A stretch of 63,768 bases of DNA, the filler included, from Lama guanicoe (lineage: Eukaryota), in NCBI GenBank assembly GCA_013239625.1. It is 173 parts of 173 records of this genome, joined end to end, with 100 filler letters (N's around TTAATTAATTAA, not from the genome) between each part and the next. Parts side by side here need not be neighbours in the genome. Positions count along the whole stretch, not along the records: positions 48,336 to 48,604 come from PNXV01051331.1; positions 48,705 to 48,973 come from PNXV01051332.1; positions 49,074 to 49,342 come from PNXV01051333.1; positions 49,443 to 49,711 come from PNXV01051334.1; positions 49,812 to 50,081 come from PNXV01051335.1; positions 50,182 to 50,450 come from PNXV01051336.1; positions 50,551 to 50,820 come from PNXV01051337.1; positions 50,921 to 51,190 come from PNXV01051338.1; 165 more parts are not named here. One strand, given 5' to 3'. The notes beneath the pieces are model-generated. The model ran no database searches. It was not told the origin of the DNA and worked only from the letters and a program-made list of their open reading frames with translations. Shown piece by piece: positions 48,561 through 61,179 of this stretch. The translations under genes and the position numbers were made by a program. Within the stretch, counting starts at the first letter, position 1. Each line of letters opens with the position of its first letter.

Positions 48561-50550
48561 TGATATACTCAATTTGCTGTGTGGTTCCTGTTTCAAAACT
48601 CTAANNNNNNNNNNNNNNNNNNNNNNNNNNNNNNNNNNNNNNNNNNNNTTAATTAATTAANNNNNNNNNNNNNNNNNNNNNNNNNNNNNNNNNNNNNNNN
48701 NNNNCAGCCCGGTGTATGGCAAACAATTTTAAGCTGATATGCTGACTCACCTGTGGTTAGAGGGCTGCCAGACAGAGGTCAGAGGAAGGCGTGTGGCCGT
48801 GGGACAGGGCCTCCCGGACGAGGAATCAGAGTCGCTTGTTTGTTTAGTGTGTTTCCTCCTCCATCCCCGGGTGCCCCCTCCCCTCCCCAAGTTAGAGCCC
48901 AGCCTCGTCTTGGCCCCATGAGCCCCTGCAGGGGGAGGTCCTGTATGTCGCCCCCAGCCTCGGGGGTGGGCCCNNNNNNNNNNNNNNNNNNNNNNNNNNN
49001 NNNNNNNNNNNNNNNNNTTAATTAATTAANNNNNNNNNNNNNNNNNNNNNNNNNNNNNNNNNNNNNNNNNNNNCTGGGCCACAGCCACTTTTTGACCTTT
49101 TATGGTCAGCCTGGGAGCTGTCATGGCCCCTGGGGGAGTGCCATTTAGCAGCTATTATCACAGTGAGTGTATTTTGAAGCTCAAGGTGTTAGAGCAGGCA
49201 GTTAGCTAGATATGAGCCGTGAAAGGGGGATGCAGGCCAAATGGCAGAAATTGGGCAGAAAAGAGGGGCACAGGCCAAATGCAGGAAATCCTGCATCATG
49301 TCAGCACCAGGGGTCCCTGGGCAGAGAAAGAAAAGCAGGAACNNNNNNNNNNNNNNNNNNNNNNNNNNNNNNNNNNNNNNNNNNNNTTAATTAATTAANN
49401 NNNNNNNNNNNNNNNNNNNNNNNNNNNNNNNNNNNNNNNNNNATCAAAAAGAGCAAACATGCAGATCATCATTATCCCCTTAACGAATGCCGCCATGAAC
49501 AGGAAAACAACTGTGCCAAACGGTGTGGCTTCAAGCAGGAAGGATTTATTCAGCTCATGAGCCCTGCAGGTCAGTGGGAAATGCTAGATGTCGCTTCTAG
49601 GCCTGGTGGGGACACGCCTGTGTCTCCAGGTTGGCTGGCTGGCAGCTGGGATGCTGGATGCAGCTCGCCATGTGTGTCTGAACACCCAGCCCAGCTCCAG
49701 TGGACCTTTTCNNNNNNNNNNNNNNNNNNNNNNNNNNNNNNNNNNNNNNNNNNNNTTAATTAATTAANNNNNNNNNNNNNNNNNNNNNNNNNNNNNNNNN
49801 NNNNNNNNNNNCCTCAGCTGCAGTGAGGAGGGGCAGGGCTTCCAAAATTAAACACAGAATGACCAATTGATCCAGCAATTCCACTTGTAGAACTAAATTT
49901 CCAAAAGAATCGTAACCAGGGTCCATGTTCACAAAAGCATTATTCTCAACAGCCTATAGGGGGCAAACAGCACGTGCCCATCTGCAAATGAATGGGGGAT
50001 CAAGTGTGGTGAATTCATAGAGGAATATTATCCCACCTTGAAAAGGAATTCAGTTCTAAACTTAGGGTTAGCTGGGGTTAANNNNNNNNNNNNNNNNNNN
50101 NNNNNNNNNNNNNNNNNNNNNNNNNTTAATTAATTAANNNNNNNNNNNNNNNNNNNNNNNNNNNNNNNNNNNNNNNNNNNNAAAAAAACTATTTCCTAGG
50201 AAAAGTTGCAAATAAAAATATGGATATTCTGTGTACAAATCAGCTGTGGAATTGAGCCATATCTTCTCATCAGCTGCAATGGAAAACCTGGGCAGTATTG
50301 GCTCAAGGGTGAATCAGGAAATCACTAATCCAGAGTGATTATTGGATGAATTTGTCAAAACTGAATTAGAGTAGCCTGACCAAGATCCCCAAATGTATAG
50401 ATTATTTTTTTTTAAAGGAAGATTTTGGAAATCTTCCCATTCTATTACTCNNNNNNNNNNNNNNNNNNNNNNNNNNNNNNNNNNNNNNNNNNNNTTAATT
50501 AATTAANNNNNNNNNNNNNNNNNNNNNNNNNNNNNNNNNNNNNNNNNNNN

Positions 50551-50601
50551 TATCTATGTATCTATCTATCTTTATCTATCTATCCATCCATCCCATCTAT
50601 C
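50551..50601 (+). repeat. (TCTA)n/(TCCA)n microsatellite
   Basis: Directly visible at the contig start. Confidence 0.85.
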
Positions 50602-51290
50602 TAGTTATTTAGCCAGTCCCAATCATCCAACTTTTTGTTAAAAAGAATACTGGGAAAGAAGGGCAGAAGGAGGTCTTAGATCATCTCAAAATAAGACTAA
50701 AGCAAAACTAACCAAATTTTAGAACAAATATTCTTTATGTAAATTGGACTAATTAAAGGAGCATGCAATATTTTGGAATTTAATAGTCTCTTAAGTTAAA
50801 GAATTCATGTAAGTTAAGTANNNNNNNNNNNNNNNNNNNNNNNNNNNNNNNNNNNNNNNNNNNNTTAATTAATTAANNNNNNNNNNNNNNNNNNNNNNNN
50901 NNNNNNNNNNNNNNNNNNNNCTGGCCCTGGGGGAGATGGGAGCAAGTCCACCTGCTCCCCCTGGGGCAGTACCCCTCCCCACAGATCCCACCTCCTGACC
51001 GCATTGGGCCTGCCTCTCAGGAGCCCACTGACTTGAAAACAAGTGATCCATGAACCTGGGGCAGAGGCAGGGAGATGGGCAGCGACCTGGGAAGCTGGTT
51101 GATTTGCCCCCATCTCCCCCACGGCCTGTCCAGGGCTCAGACTCTGCTGCTCCAGGCATGGCCCCCAGGTCAGCCTGCTCCCGGGAGGAGNNNNNNNNNN
51201 NNNNNNNNNNNNNNNNNNNNNNNNNNNNNNNNNNTTAATTAATTAANNNNNNNNNNNNNNNNNNNNNNNNNNNNNNNNNNNNNNNNNNNN

Positions 51291-51560
51291 TTTTATACGT
51301 CTTTTCCACTTTTATCCCTAGTTATTTATATAAATATGTCTTATATATTATATATGGTAAACATATGCGGTTTAGTCATTCTAGTATCCACATCACAAGG
51401 ACTATGACTAGGCCGGACAGCACCTCCCTTTTGAGATTATTTATCTATGCCTACAACTGTGGCATCAAATGAACATAAATATGCATACAGATATGTATGT
51501 TCATGACAGCCTTAAGGACAATTCTTAATTTTCTTTAGTACAGTGGTATCTACTAAAAAT
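51291..51560 (+). repeat. Paralogous/allelic pair 3a (partner 53880-54149)
   Basis: 12 substitutions; identical 49-bp prefix and 48-bp suffix. Confidence 0.96.
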
Positions 51561-52030
51561 NNNNNNNNNNNNNNNNNNNNNNNNNNNNNNNNNNNNNNNN
51601 NNNNTTAATTAATTAANNNNNNNNNNNNNNNNNNNNNNNNNNNNNNNNNNNNNNNNNNNNGGGGTGGCATTGCAAGGGCAGAGCCACGCAGACAGGGGTC
51701 TCTAATAGCGGTAAAGTGCCTGCCCACTGGCAGTGTCACTCCAGATGGGCCACTTGGCCATGTGTGCTGCTTCCTGCTGCTGCAGCCAGTGAGCTCAAAT
51801 TTTTAACCCCAAACCAAACCACAGAAAGAGAGCTATACAAATCAGCATTGAAATGTCTAACACAGGATCACACTCCTTCCAGAAGACAACAAGTGTCCAA
51901 ATGTTGCCCTGGCAATTCCTTTGAGCTGAGNNNNNNNNNNNNNNNNNNNNNNNNNNNNNNNNNNNNNNNNNNNNTTAATTAATTAANNNNNNNNNNNNNN
52001 NNNNNNNNNNNNNNNNNNNNNNNNNNNNNN

Positions 52031-52299
52031 AGAGCAGTCTACCAAGGCAATAGAAATAAAAGCAAAAATAAACAAATGTGGACTAGTTAAATTTATAAGA
52101 TTTTGGACAGCGAAGGAAACCATAAACAAAATGGAAAGACAACCTATGGACTAGGAGAAAATATTTGCAAATGACATAACTGACAAGAGCTTAATTTCCA
52201 GAATATTCAAACAACTCATACAACTCAGTAACAACAATAACAACAAAAATCCAATCAAAAAATGGGCAGAAGACCTAAACAAGCAATTCTCCAATGAAG
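52031..52299 (+). mobile_element. LINE-1 ORF2 fragment
   Basis: gaaataaaagcaaaaataaacaaatg ... aatcaaaaaatgggcagaagacctaaac. Confidence 0.93.
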
Positions 52300-53879
52300 N
52301 NNNNNNNNNNNNNNNNNNNNNNNNNNNNNNNNNNNNNNNNNNNTTAATTAATTAANNNNNNNNNNNNNNNNNNNNNNNNNNNNNNNNNNNNNNNNNNNNG
52401 CTAAGTTTGTCTTGATAACCCATCTCTTTCACTTTCTACTCCCTATTTCTCTCTGCATCACCCTGCAAAGCGCTGCATTCTCTTCATGCTGGGCTCCTCA
52501 CTTGGGCCAGCCCCACTTAGATAACAGCACCACCCAAAGATTAACCCACTCCTGTCCAAACAGAGCTCAGTGGCAAATCACTGCTTTGCATGGTGATCAG
52601 AAACATAGCACACCTGTGGGTGAAAATGACAACCTCCCTAGGTATTTGTTCTTAAACGAGAACTATCAGNNNNNNNNNNNNNNNNNNNNNNNNNNNNNNN
52701 NNNNNNNNNNNNNTTAATTAATTAANNNNNNNNNNNNNNNNNNNNNNNNNNNNNNNNNNNNNNNNNNNNTTGCCTTCCCTGGGCAGAGACTTGTAATGAT
52801 TTTCTTGTCTGCCTCTTCATCTGTGCCCATTTTTTTTGGAGTTAACCACGTCCTCCCGTCTTGTGGGCAAGGAGGCTGAATGAAAAAAGAAAAAAGCATA
52901 ATGCTTTGACTTTACTTGTATTATTTAAATTTCTTTGAATATATTTCTATACATCCTATCTAAAGTTGAGATAGAGACATAAGAAAACTAGCAACGTAAG
53001 AAATCCACAGTAATGTGTAAGTTATTTTTTAAATTTTTTNNNNNNNNNNNNNNNNNNNNNNNNNNNNNNNNNNNNNNNNNNNNTTAATTAATTAANNNNN
53101 NNNNNNNNNNNNNNNNNNNNNNNNNNNNNNNNNNNNNNNAAAAAAAAAAACAACACTTCTCTTGGACCAGGGTGCTGGAACCCAGCACAGGATAACTGAA
53201 GAGGCAGCTGGGCCAACCCCACCAGACACACAGGAGCAGATCAGGGCTTTAGTTCCTGGTACACCTACACTCAACGATTTGATTCTGTCCCCACCCCTCC
53301 CCACCCCGATGACTTCTTTTCAAGTTTGAGTAACTGAGAAGAATAATTCCTAAAACAACAGTCAAGGTTCTGAGTATAATTATTTCGAGGAAGATTTGGA
53401 GTTTTCCAANNNNNNNNNNNNNNNNNNNNNNNNNNNNNNNNNNNNNNNNNNNNTTAATTAATTAANNNNNNNNNNNNNNNNNNNNNNNNNNNNNNNNNNN
53501 NNNNNNNNNCACAAAACTGCATCCCTTATGGATAATCAGAAATGTTTTATGTCCCCACGGGACAAAAAGGGGCCAATGAGATAAAGCCCCTAAACCCACG
53601 CCTCGACCCTTGGCAGGTGGCTACGCTGTATTGCGCTTTAAATTAAAACCCATCTTTTCAGATGTGGCCTCCGCGCCTTCTCCCAGGGCAGCAGTCAGGG
53701 AACAGGCTGCTCTCTGGAGGGAATGACCACCAAGGCTTTTCGCAGGGACACTGTGTTTGGAATGACTCCACACTTGCCTNNNNNNNNNNNNNNNNNNNNN
53801 NNNNNNNNNNNNNNNNNNNNNNNTTAATTAATTAANNNNNNNNNNNNNNNNNNNNNNNNNNNNNNNNNNNNNNNNNNNN

Positions 53880-54149
53880 TTTTATACGTCTTTTCCACTT
53901 TTATCCCTAGTTATTTATATAAATATGTTTTATATATTATATATGGTAAACATATGTGGTTTAGTCATTTTAGTATCCACATCACGAGGACTATGACTAG
54001 GCCGGGCAGCTCCTCCCTTTTGAGATTACTTATATATGCCTACAACTGTGGTATCAAATGAACATAAATATGCATACAGATATGTGTGTTCATGACAGCA
54101 CTAAGGACAATTCTTAATTTTCTTTAGTACAGTGGTATCTACTAAAAAT
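53880..54149 (+). repeat. Paralogous/allelic pair 3b
   Basis: See pair 3a. Confidence 0.96.
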
Positions 54150-54990
54150 NNNNNNNNNNNNNNNNNNNNNNNNNNNNNNNNNNNNNNNNNNNNTTAATTA
54201 ATTAANNNNNNNNNNNNNNNNNNNNNNNNNNNNNNNNNNNNNNNNNNNNGCTTTAAACAATGACTTATGCAACACTTTGTGAAGAGAATAACACACTTAT
54301 CATAAGAAACTGTTACTAAAAATCCCTGGTAACTCAACATTTGTTTTATTTTGGGGGCATCAAAAATAATCCAACTAAGTGACTAAATGATTATGACCAC
54401 AAAAAATTTATCTCAGGAGTCTAATATTCCTTGGCCTTAAAAATAACATACTTACTATTACTGAAACAGCTGATCTCTGTTCCCCGTCCCAGGTTCAGAA
54501 GTCTTTTAAACAATTTTTANNNNNNNNNNNNNNNNNNNNNNNNNNNNNNNNNNNNNNNNNNNNTTAATTAATTAANNNNNNNNNNNNNNNNNNNNNNNNN
54601 NNNNNNNNNNNNNNNNNNNGTCTAGAGTGTAGCTCTTTTACACTGGCCATTAAAGCTGGAGCCTCATATACTGATAGACATTTGAGGTGAGAAGCTTGAA
54701 GAACCCCGGGCAAGCCTACAACGCCATCTAAAGTAGTATCATTCAGAGGGCACTCATGGAATCACTGGCCCTGGACGTTGGTCAACCACTTCCACTGAGA
54801 CCTAGTATAAACATCGGACACCCCATGTACGGTCCCTTTCGACTCAAATTTCACTAGTTGTATTATAATATAAAAAAGCCTAAGGGTCCNNNNNNNNNNN
54901 NNNNNNNNNNNNNNNNNNNNNNNNNNNNNNNNNTTAATTAATTAANNNNNNNNNNNNNNNNNNNNNNNNNNNNNNNNNNNNNNNNNNNNG

Positions 54991-55062
54991 TTCAACCCCC
55001 TGATTTATACACTAAGGAATGCAGAGGTGAAAAATGCCATGAAAAGTCTGTGGAACAAATGA
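54991..55062 (+). CDS. Olfactory receptor C-terminus (TM7/helix 8; OR4-like)
   Basis: FNPLIYTLRNAEVKNAMKSLWNK-stop; the NPxIY-LRN signature of ORs. Confidence 0.92.
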   Translation, partial: FNPLIYTLRNAEVKNAMKSLWNK

Positions 55063-55459
55063 GCAATTGTGGAAGGAAGATACAGTTCCTGGAGGGAAAT
55101 CAATAACCAGTCATTTTCAGTAGGAATCCTTGTTGTCACGACAAAAGCTGAGAAACCACAAAAGCATTTGGAATCAAACCGATTCGAATATTTGAAATCA
55201 TGTCTAAAATATCCATGTCCCATATTATTAACCAGGAAAGTGATTTAATTCATTTTTCTNNNNNNNNNNNNNNNNNNNNNNNNNNNNNNNNNNNNNNNNN
55301 NNNTTAATTAATTAANNNNNNNNNNNNNNNNNNNNNNNNNNNNNNNNNNNNNNNNNNNNGGACCCTGCCTGGCTTAGCTCTTTTGATCTCCATGTCAACT
55401 CAGGAGAGTTTCTCCTGGCCTCCTGACCCGGTCACTCACCCACTGGAAGGACTCGGGCC

Positions 55460-55597
55460 CCTCCGTGTCCTTGTTTCTTCATCTATAAAATAAGGGTAAT
55501 ACGAGTTGTTGTAAAGAGTCAATGAGTAATTTTTGTAAAGTGCTTAGAACAGTGCCCGGCACATATAACTGCCTGTAAATGTTTGTTACTTTTATTA
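55460..55597 (+). mobile_element. MIR
   Basis: tttcttcatctataaaataagggtaata ... tgtaaagtgcttagaacagtgcccggcacata. Confidence 0.88.
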
Positions 55598-55729
55598 CTG
55601 TCCCCTTTTTACAAGCAAGGAGACTGAAGNNNNNNNNNNNNNNNNNNNNNNNNNNNNNNNNNNNNNNNNNNNNTTAATTAATTAANNNNNNNNNNNNNNN
55701 NNNNNNNNNNNNNNNNNNNNNNNNNNNNN

Positions 55730-55999
55730 CCCAGGCACAGTGAGGCCAAATAAATGGAAAGGAGTTTGGAGCAGAGAATGATTTATTGCAGGGCCAAGCA
55801 AGAAGGGGTGGCTCATGCCTGAAAAACCTGAACTCCCTGGTGGCTTTTGTAAAGAAGTTTAGAAGTTTTTAAAGGCAAAATCTGGGATGAGGGCTGCAGG
55901 GTGTGTGACTTTCTTCTGATTGGCAGGTGATGAGGTAATGTGGCAGAGTTCCGGGAATCGGGTGTTCAGCCTTGAGTTGCCTTCCTCCACCTGGGTCAG
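55730..55999 (-). mobile_element. ERV1-type LTR
   Basis: gagtttggagcagagaatgatttattgcaggg (reverse AATAAA) ... gtgtgactttcttctgattgg (reverse CCAAT). Confidence 0.65.
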
Positions 56000-56499
56000 N
56001 NNNNNNNNNNNNNNNNNNNNNNNNNNNNNNNNNNNNNNNNNNNTTAATTAATTAANNNNNNNNNNNNNNNNNNNNNNNNNNNNNNNNNNNNNNNNNNNNC
56101 TGCTTATTAAAGCTCTCCAGATAAGATGATCCAGCCAACAGTGTAAACATACCTGCTGTTTAATAATTACTCTTTAATACCTTCCTTTTTGTGTTTAACG
56201 TAAATCCCCAAGTGCTATAGTTTTTGCTTATTAGCTCATCAATGGGGACTGACTGATCAGAGCCCTTTGAGAGATGGCCTTTTTTGGGGCCGTGAACTAA
56301 GTTTTCCCACAACTTCCCAAAACTTTCTCCTCCTTTTATACATGCATTTAAAAATCCATAACAGGAATTNNNNNNNNNNNNNNNNNNNNNNNNNNNNNNN
56401 NNNNNNNNNNNNNTTAATTAATTAANNNNNNNNNNNNNNNNNNNNNNNNNNNNNNNNNNNNNNNNNNNNAACTGTGACTTAATCAATTCATACAAACAC

Positions 56500-56720
56500 T
56501 TCCTGTCTGGGCTCCCTGCAGTCGCTCCTCTAACCCAATTCCGCTGATCTATCTTCTACTCTAAAGCTAGTAATCCTTTCCAAATTCAAATCTGGTCCTA
56601 TCTCCCTTCTGAGTGGGATCCCTCTGAAGATACCCCATTGTTCTCAAATAAGGACAGACCTCCCCACCGCAACAAAGCATATCAGGGTCGGTGGGCACCC
56701 TCCCTCCCCTCCAGCCTCAG
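56500..56720 (+). mobile_element. L2 fragment
   Basis: ctttccaaattcaaatctggtcctatctccctt ... cccattgttctcaaataag ... ctccagcctca. Confidence 0.65.
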
Positions 56721-58804
56721 TTCCTTATACTTTAAAAAANNNNNNNNNNNNNNNNNNNNNNNNNNNNNNNNNNNNNNNNNNNNTTAATTAATTAANNNNN
56801 NNNNNNNNNNNNNNNNNNNNNNNNNNNNNNNNNNNNNNNTAATTTCTCAGTTCAGCCACAATGAGGGTCAAAGGCAGAAACTCTCAACTGCCTTGATTTT
56901 GCTGCAGTGCCGGCTGAGTGCAGGAACGGTTCCTCTACTTACAGGCACACCCGCTCCTCTGCTTAAGCACAGGAGGAGACATACCAGGAACAAACCGAGA
57001 GGACTCTGGCATTCAGTCCAAAGAAGTCTCAGCTACAGCAGTGCAGCTGTGAGACGGATACTTCACGGGAAATTAAAAACCGGATAACACAGAGCAAATG
57101 AAGTCATCGNNNNNNNNNNNNNNNNNNNNNNNNNNNNNNNNNNNNNNNNNNNNTTAATTAATTAANNNNNNNNNNNNNNNNNNNNNNNNNNNNNNNNNNN
57201 NNNNNNNNNGGCATGGTGATAGCCACTCTCAAAGGATTGTCATGGAGTCATACACAAAAAAGGAAAAAAAATGACACATGTAAAACCTGAATAATGGAAT
57301 ATCACATGACATTTCCAACTTAGAAGACACACTAGAGAGGAAGAAACTTTAAAATAGTTTCACGTGGTTTTAGAAGATTCAGTGAATCATAACACTAGAA
57401 AAAGGAAATGATGCTTTTCTTAGATATTGGTGTAATTAGCATGATAAAGACAATTATCAACTTAGTAATATTAATGGAANNNNNNNNNNNNNNNNNNNNN
57501 NNNNNNNNNNNNNNNNNNNNNNNTTAATTAATTAANNNNNNNNNNNNNNNNNNNNNNNNNNNNNNNNNNNNNNNNNNNNAAGGAGGAGGCTGGATGGCTA
57601 AAGATAAACCTCATTTCCCAATAATTCAGAGTCTGTTATGTCAACAGGTCAAATTATTCTTCATTCTTCTTATGGGGCTTAATGTTCCTTGTCTAATTCT
57701 TTGGATGCTTTGTTAGAAAAAGAAGTCCATTCATAATTTGCTCTTTACCTTGCTTGGGTTGCTTTCCTATTTCCTGAAGGGCATAAAATTCTATTAGCCA
57801 TCACACTGTCTGGGACCACTATTTGCACAGTCTCATAATCGCCCCTATTNNNNNNNNNNNNNNNNNNNNNNNNNNNNNNNNNNNNNNNNNNNNTTAATTA
57901 ATTAANNNNNNNNNNNNNNNNNNNNNNNNNNNNNNNNNNNNNNNNNNNNACTTCCACTCCCACACAGAGGCCTCCCAACAGACGGCCCAGGTCTCAAAAG
58001 ATAATGGACCCAGAGTGGCTGCCAGTGAGCCCAGAGCAGCTCACCTCCTGGGTGGGAGAGCCCAGAGAGCGCGACGGAATTCCCAGCCTGTGGGGGCTGG
58101 AGCGACTCACCCCCAGGCGACAGCAAGTGTGGACCACGGCTCCGGTCGTGTCTTGGCTCCAAACAGCCTCGGGCTGGGGCTGGAACAGGCTCTCGGGTCA
58201 GGAACAGACACTCCGGGTTNNNNNNNNNNNNNNNNNNNNNNNNNNNNNNNNNNNNNNNNNNNNTTAATTAATTAANNNNNNNNNNNNNNNNNNNNNNNNN
58301 NNNNNNNNNNNNNNNNNNNGCTCTCTGGGTCTCCAGAGACCTTTCCCCTTTGCCAGAAGAAGCCCTAACACTTCTACTCTCAAGCCAAAATCATAAGATG
58401 TGTGGGATTCAGGGTTTACCTTCCTAAACTTATCAACACAGACCACAGCTCCACAAGAGAGGGAGCCCCTCACTTCAATCAAAGAAACTCCCCATTTCAG
58501 CTCATACAGGGGTCCATCCTCATCAGTGTAAGGGAGGATGTAAGCCAGGACTGTGTCACATGGACTGTCCTGAGAACACGACCTGGATGNNNNNNNNNNN
58601 NNNNNNNNNNNNNNNNNNNNNNNNNNNNNNNNNTTAATTAATTAANNNNNNNNNNNNNNNNNNNNNNNNNNNNNNNNNNNNNNNNNNNNCCCTGGCTGGC
58701 TTTCTAAGTACACCTACTCCAGCTGTGTTTTAGAGGCCCGTGAGGACCACATGACTAAATCTGAAAAAGGAAGAGAAACTGTGGGGTATGTTAGAAAGAT
58801 TGAG

Positions 58805-58955
58805 GTTTGGAGGCAGAGAGATTCGAATTCAAATCAAAGTTAAGACGTATCCAGGACATTGGACAAGTCCCTTCACCTCTATGAATCTCGGTCTCCTTAC
58901 ATAAAATGGGTTCAACAATGTCTACCCCCAAGGGCATTCTTAAAATGTTAAGAAA
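58805..58955 (+). mobile_element. MIR
   Basis: ttggacaagtcccttcacctctatgaatctcggtctcc ... aaaatggg. Confidence 0.7.
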
Positions 58956-59436
58956 AGTGNNNNNNNNNNNNNNNNNNNNNNNNNNNNNNNNNNNNNNNNN
59001 NNNTTAATTAATTAANNNNNNNNNNNNNNNNNNNNNNNNNNNNNNNNNNNNNNNNNNNNCAAGCATTGCAGGAAAACAATGAGGTTCTAACGCTGCATAT
59101 TCATTCCTATCACCTGCTCAGTACATCTTCGAGGTCACTGAGGCATCCTTGTGCTGGGATACCCGTTAGTCACAATTTATCACAACAAACGGTACGTCAG
59201 TGCCATATTAATTATACGCCCGCTGACCTCATCCAACACACGATGCCCCATCACTCTTACTAACGGTGCCAAGCATTTCGTTGATCCTTTTATGACTCCC
59301 TTAAGTGAAGTCCATTTAAGGAAATCCATNNNNNNNNNNNNNNNNNNNNNNNNNNNNNNNNNNNNNNNNNNNNTTAATTAATTAANNNNNNNNNNNNNNN
59401 NNNNNNNNNNNNNNNNNNNNNNNNNNNNNGGCCGTA

Positions 59437-59699
59437 ATTTACATTAAGATTCACTCAGTGTTGTATATTCTTTGGGTTTGGACAAATTTATAATGACATG
59501 TATCATACATTCAGTTTTATGAGAGTATCATGCAGAGTAGCTTCATGTCTTAAGAATCTTCCTTCATGTAAACCATGGACTTTGGGTGATAATAATGTGC
59601 CCATGTTGGTTCCTCGATTGTACCACATACGCCACACTGCTGAGGGGTGCTGAGGGATGCTGAGGGTAGGGGAGTATGTATGTGTGGGTGGGGAGGGCT
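59437..59699. mobile_element. L1MC-type 3'UTR with inversion (minus ~59437-59560, plus 59566-59699)
   Basis: The reverse complement of the left part ends ...gagtgaatcttaatgtaaat; the right part starts atgtaaaccatggactttgggtgataata, adjacent in the consensus. Confidence 0.8.
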
Positions 59700-59799
59700 N
59701 NNNNNNNNNNNNNNNNNNNNNNNNNNNNNNNNNNNNNNNNNNNTTAATTAATTAANNNNNNNNNNNNNNNNNNNNNNNNNNNNNNNNNNNNNNNNNNNN

Positions 59800-60040
59800 T
59801 CCGTCTGGGGCAGCTGGGAGCCATTCACCGAGACAGGGCGTACAGGGGAGGACTAGATTGCAGTAGCAGGTGATGGACCCAGTTCTGTTTTAGTCTAGCT
59901 GATTTGAAGTGACAGTGGGACATCCACGTGGAGGTGTCCAGCCAGCAGTTGAACATCCGCACCCAGAGCCCAGGAGGGAGGCTGAGGCCGGGGATGCACA
60001 TTTTGCAACCGAGGCAAACGGGGTGCACGGGTTTGGATGA
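59800..60040 (-). mobile_element. L2 fragment
   Basis: gccattcaccgagacaggg ... gacatccacgtggaggtgtccagccagcagttg. Confidence 0.75.
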
Positions 60041-60279
60041 GAGCCCCTTGAAAGAACGTTTAATGTGAANNNNNNNNNNNNNNNNNNNNNNNNNNNNNNN
60101 NNNNNNNNNNNNNTTAATTAATTAANNNNNNNNNNNNNNNNNNNNNNNNNNNNNNNNNNNNNNNNNNNNCCCTGCGTAAGAAACGGGGTCCGTTGCTTCC
60201 CCTGATGTCCCTTTCCTCACTTTGCGGCTGTGAGCAGCAGTAGCACAGAGGGGCTGAGGGATTGCCCTCCACAGCCAGG

Positions 60280-60410
60280 TGCATCTAGGTTTGGTTCCTG
60301 GTTCTGCTGTTGAGCCTGTGATTTGGGGCAAGACTTAACTGCTCGCAGCCTGAGCCACTCACCTCTCAACTCCTCTTAGGTGGGTGAGGATTAAATATTG
60401 TGAGACCTGC
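60280..60410 (+). mobile_element. MIR
   Basis: gtgatttggggcaagacttaac ... gtgaggattaaat. Confidence 0.6.
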
Positions 60411-60909
60411 GAGCCTGGATTTCAGGAGGTGATCAGGAANNNNNNNNNNNNNNNNNNNNNNNNNNNNNNNNNNNNNNNNNNNNTTAATTAATTAANNNNN
60501 NNNNNNNNNNNNNNNNNNNNNNNNNNNNNNNNNNNNNNNCTTGAGGGTGTAGATGACAAGGACGCCCTGGAATTTTGCAGAATCTGGATGGCAGTGATCT
60601 TGGGGGCACGAAGAAGGCACAGTGACTGGTTCAGAAAAGAAAGGCTGATGGGACGCCAGAATGAACAGCCAGATGGAGGCTCGTGGCCATGACCCAGCCT
60701 TCGCCTCACTTGCCCTCTGCCCTCCCCCAGGTTTGCAGCAGGCCTGCAATAGCCCAGGAACCTCCCATGCAGTGGAAGGTATCAGTGTGGGACCAGAAGG
60801 GAGACCAAGNNNNNNNNNNNNNNNNNNNNNNNNNNNNNNNNNNNNNNNNNNNNTTAATTAATTAANNNNNNNNNNNNNNNNNNNNNNNNNNNNNNNNNNN
60901 NNNNNNNNN

Positions 60910-61179
60910 CCCCCAACTCCCCTTTTTCTCCCCATACACCCAGTAAAGCAAAGAGCACCCCCCACCCTCCAGTGCTACAAGAGGCGAGTCATTCACGAGC
61001 CACTGCAGTCACTGACCGGCAGCACATCCTGGGGAGGGATTCGGGGTGAAGGTCGGGAAGGAGGTACCCTGTGCTCTGGGAAAACTGGCAGATGTGGCCC
61101 TCGGCTGCTTAGATATATTCAGGAGAAATTTTGATGACCCAAATCCTTGCACCTTCCCGTACTCAGAAAAGCACTAAAA
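60910..61179 (+). mobile_element. ERV1-type LTR internal fragment
   Basis: ctctgggaaaactggcaga ... ttagatatattcaggagaaatttt ... agaaaagcactaaaa resembles artiodactyl LTRs. Confidence 0.5.

Noticed and set aside
12546..55062. Immune/mucosal/sensory gene cluster (TRAV, TUBB2, MUC2, ORs, VAPA)
   Set aside because: Co-occurrence reflects size sorting of hard-to-assemble fragments, not linkage.
57950..58219. Contig open in two forward frames
   Set aside because: GC-rich, with no splice signals or recognisable domain; compatible with chance.
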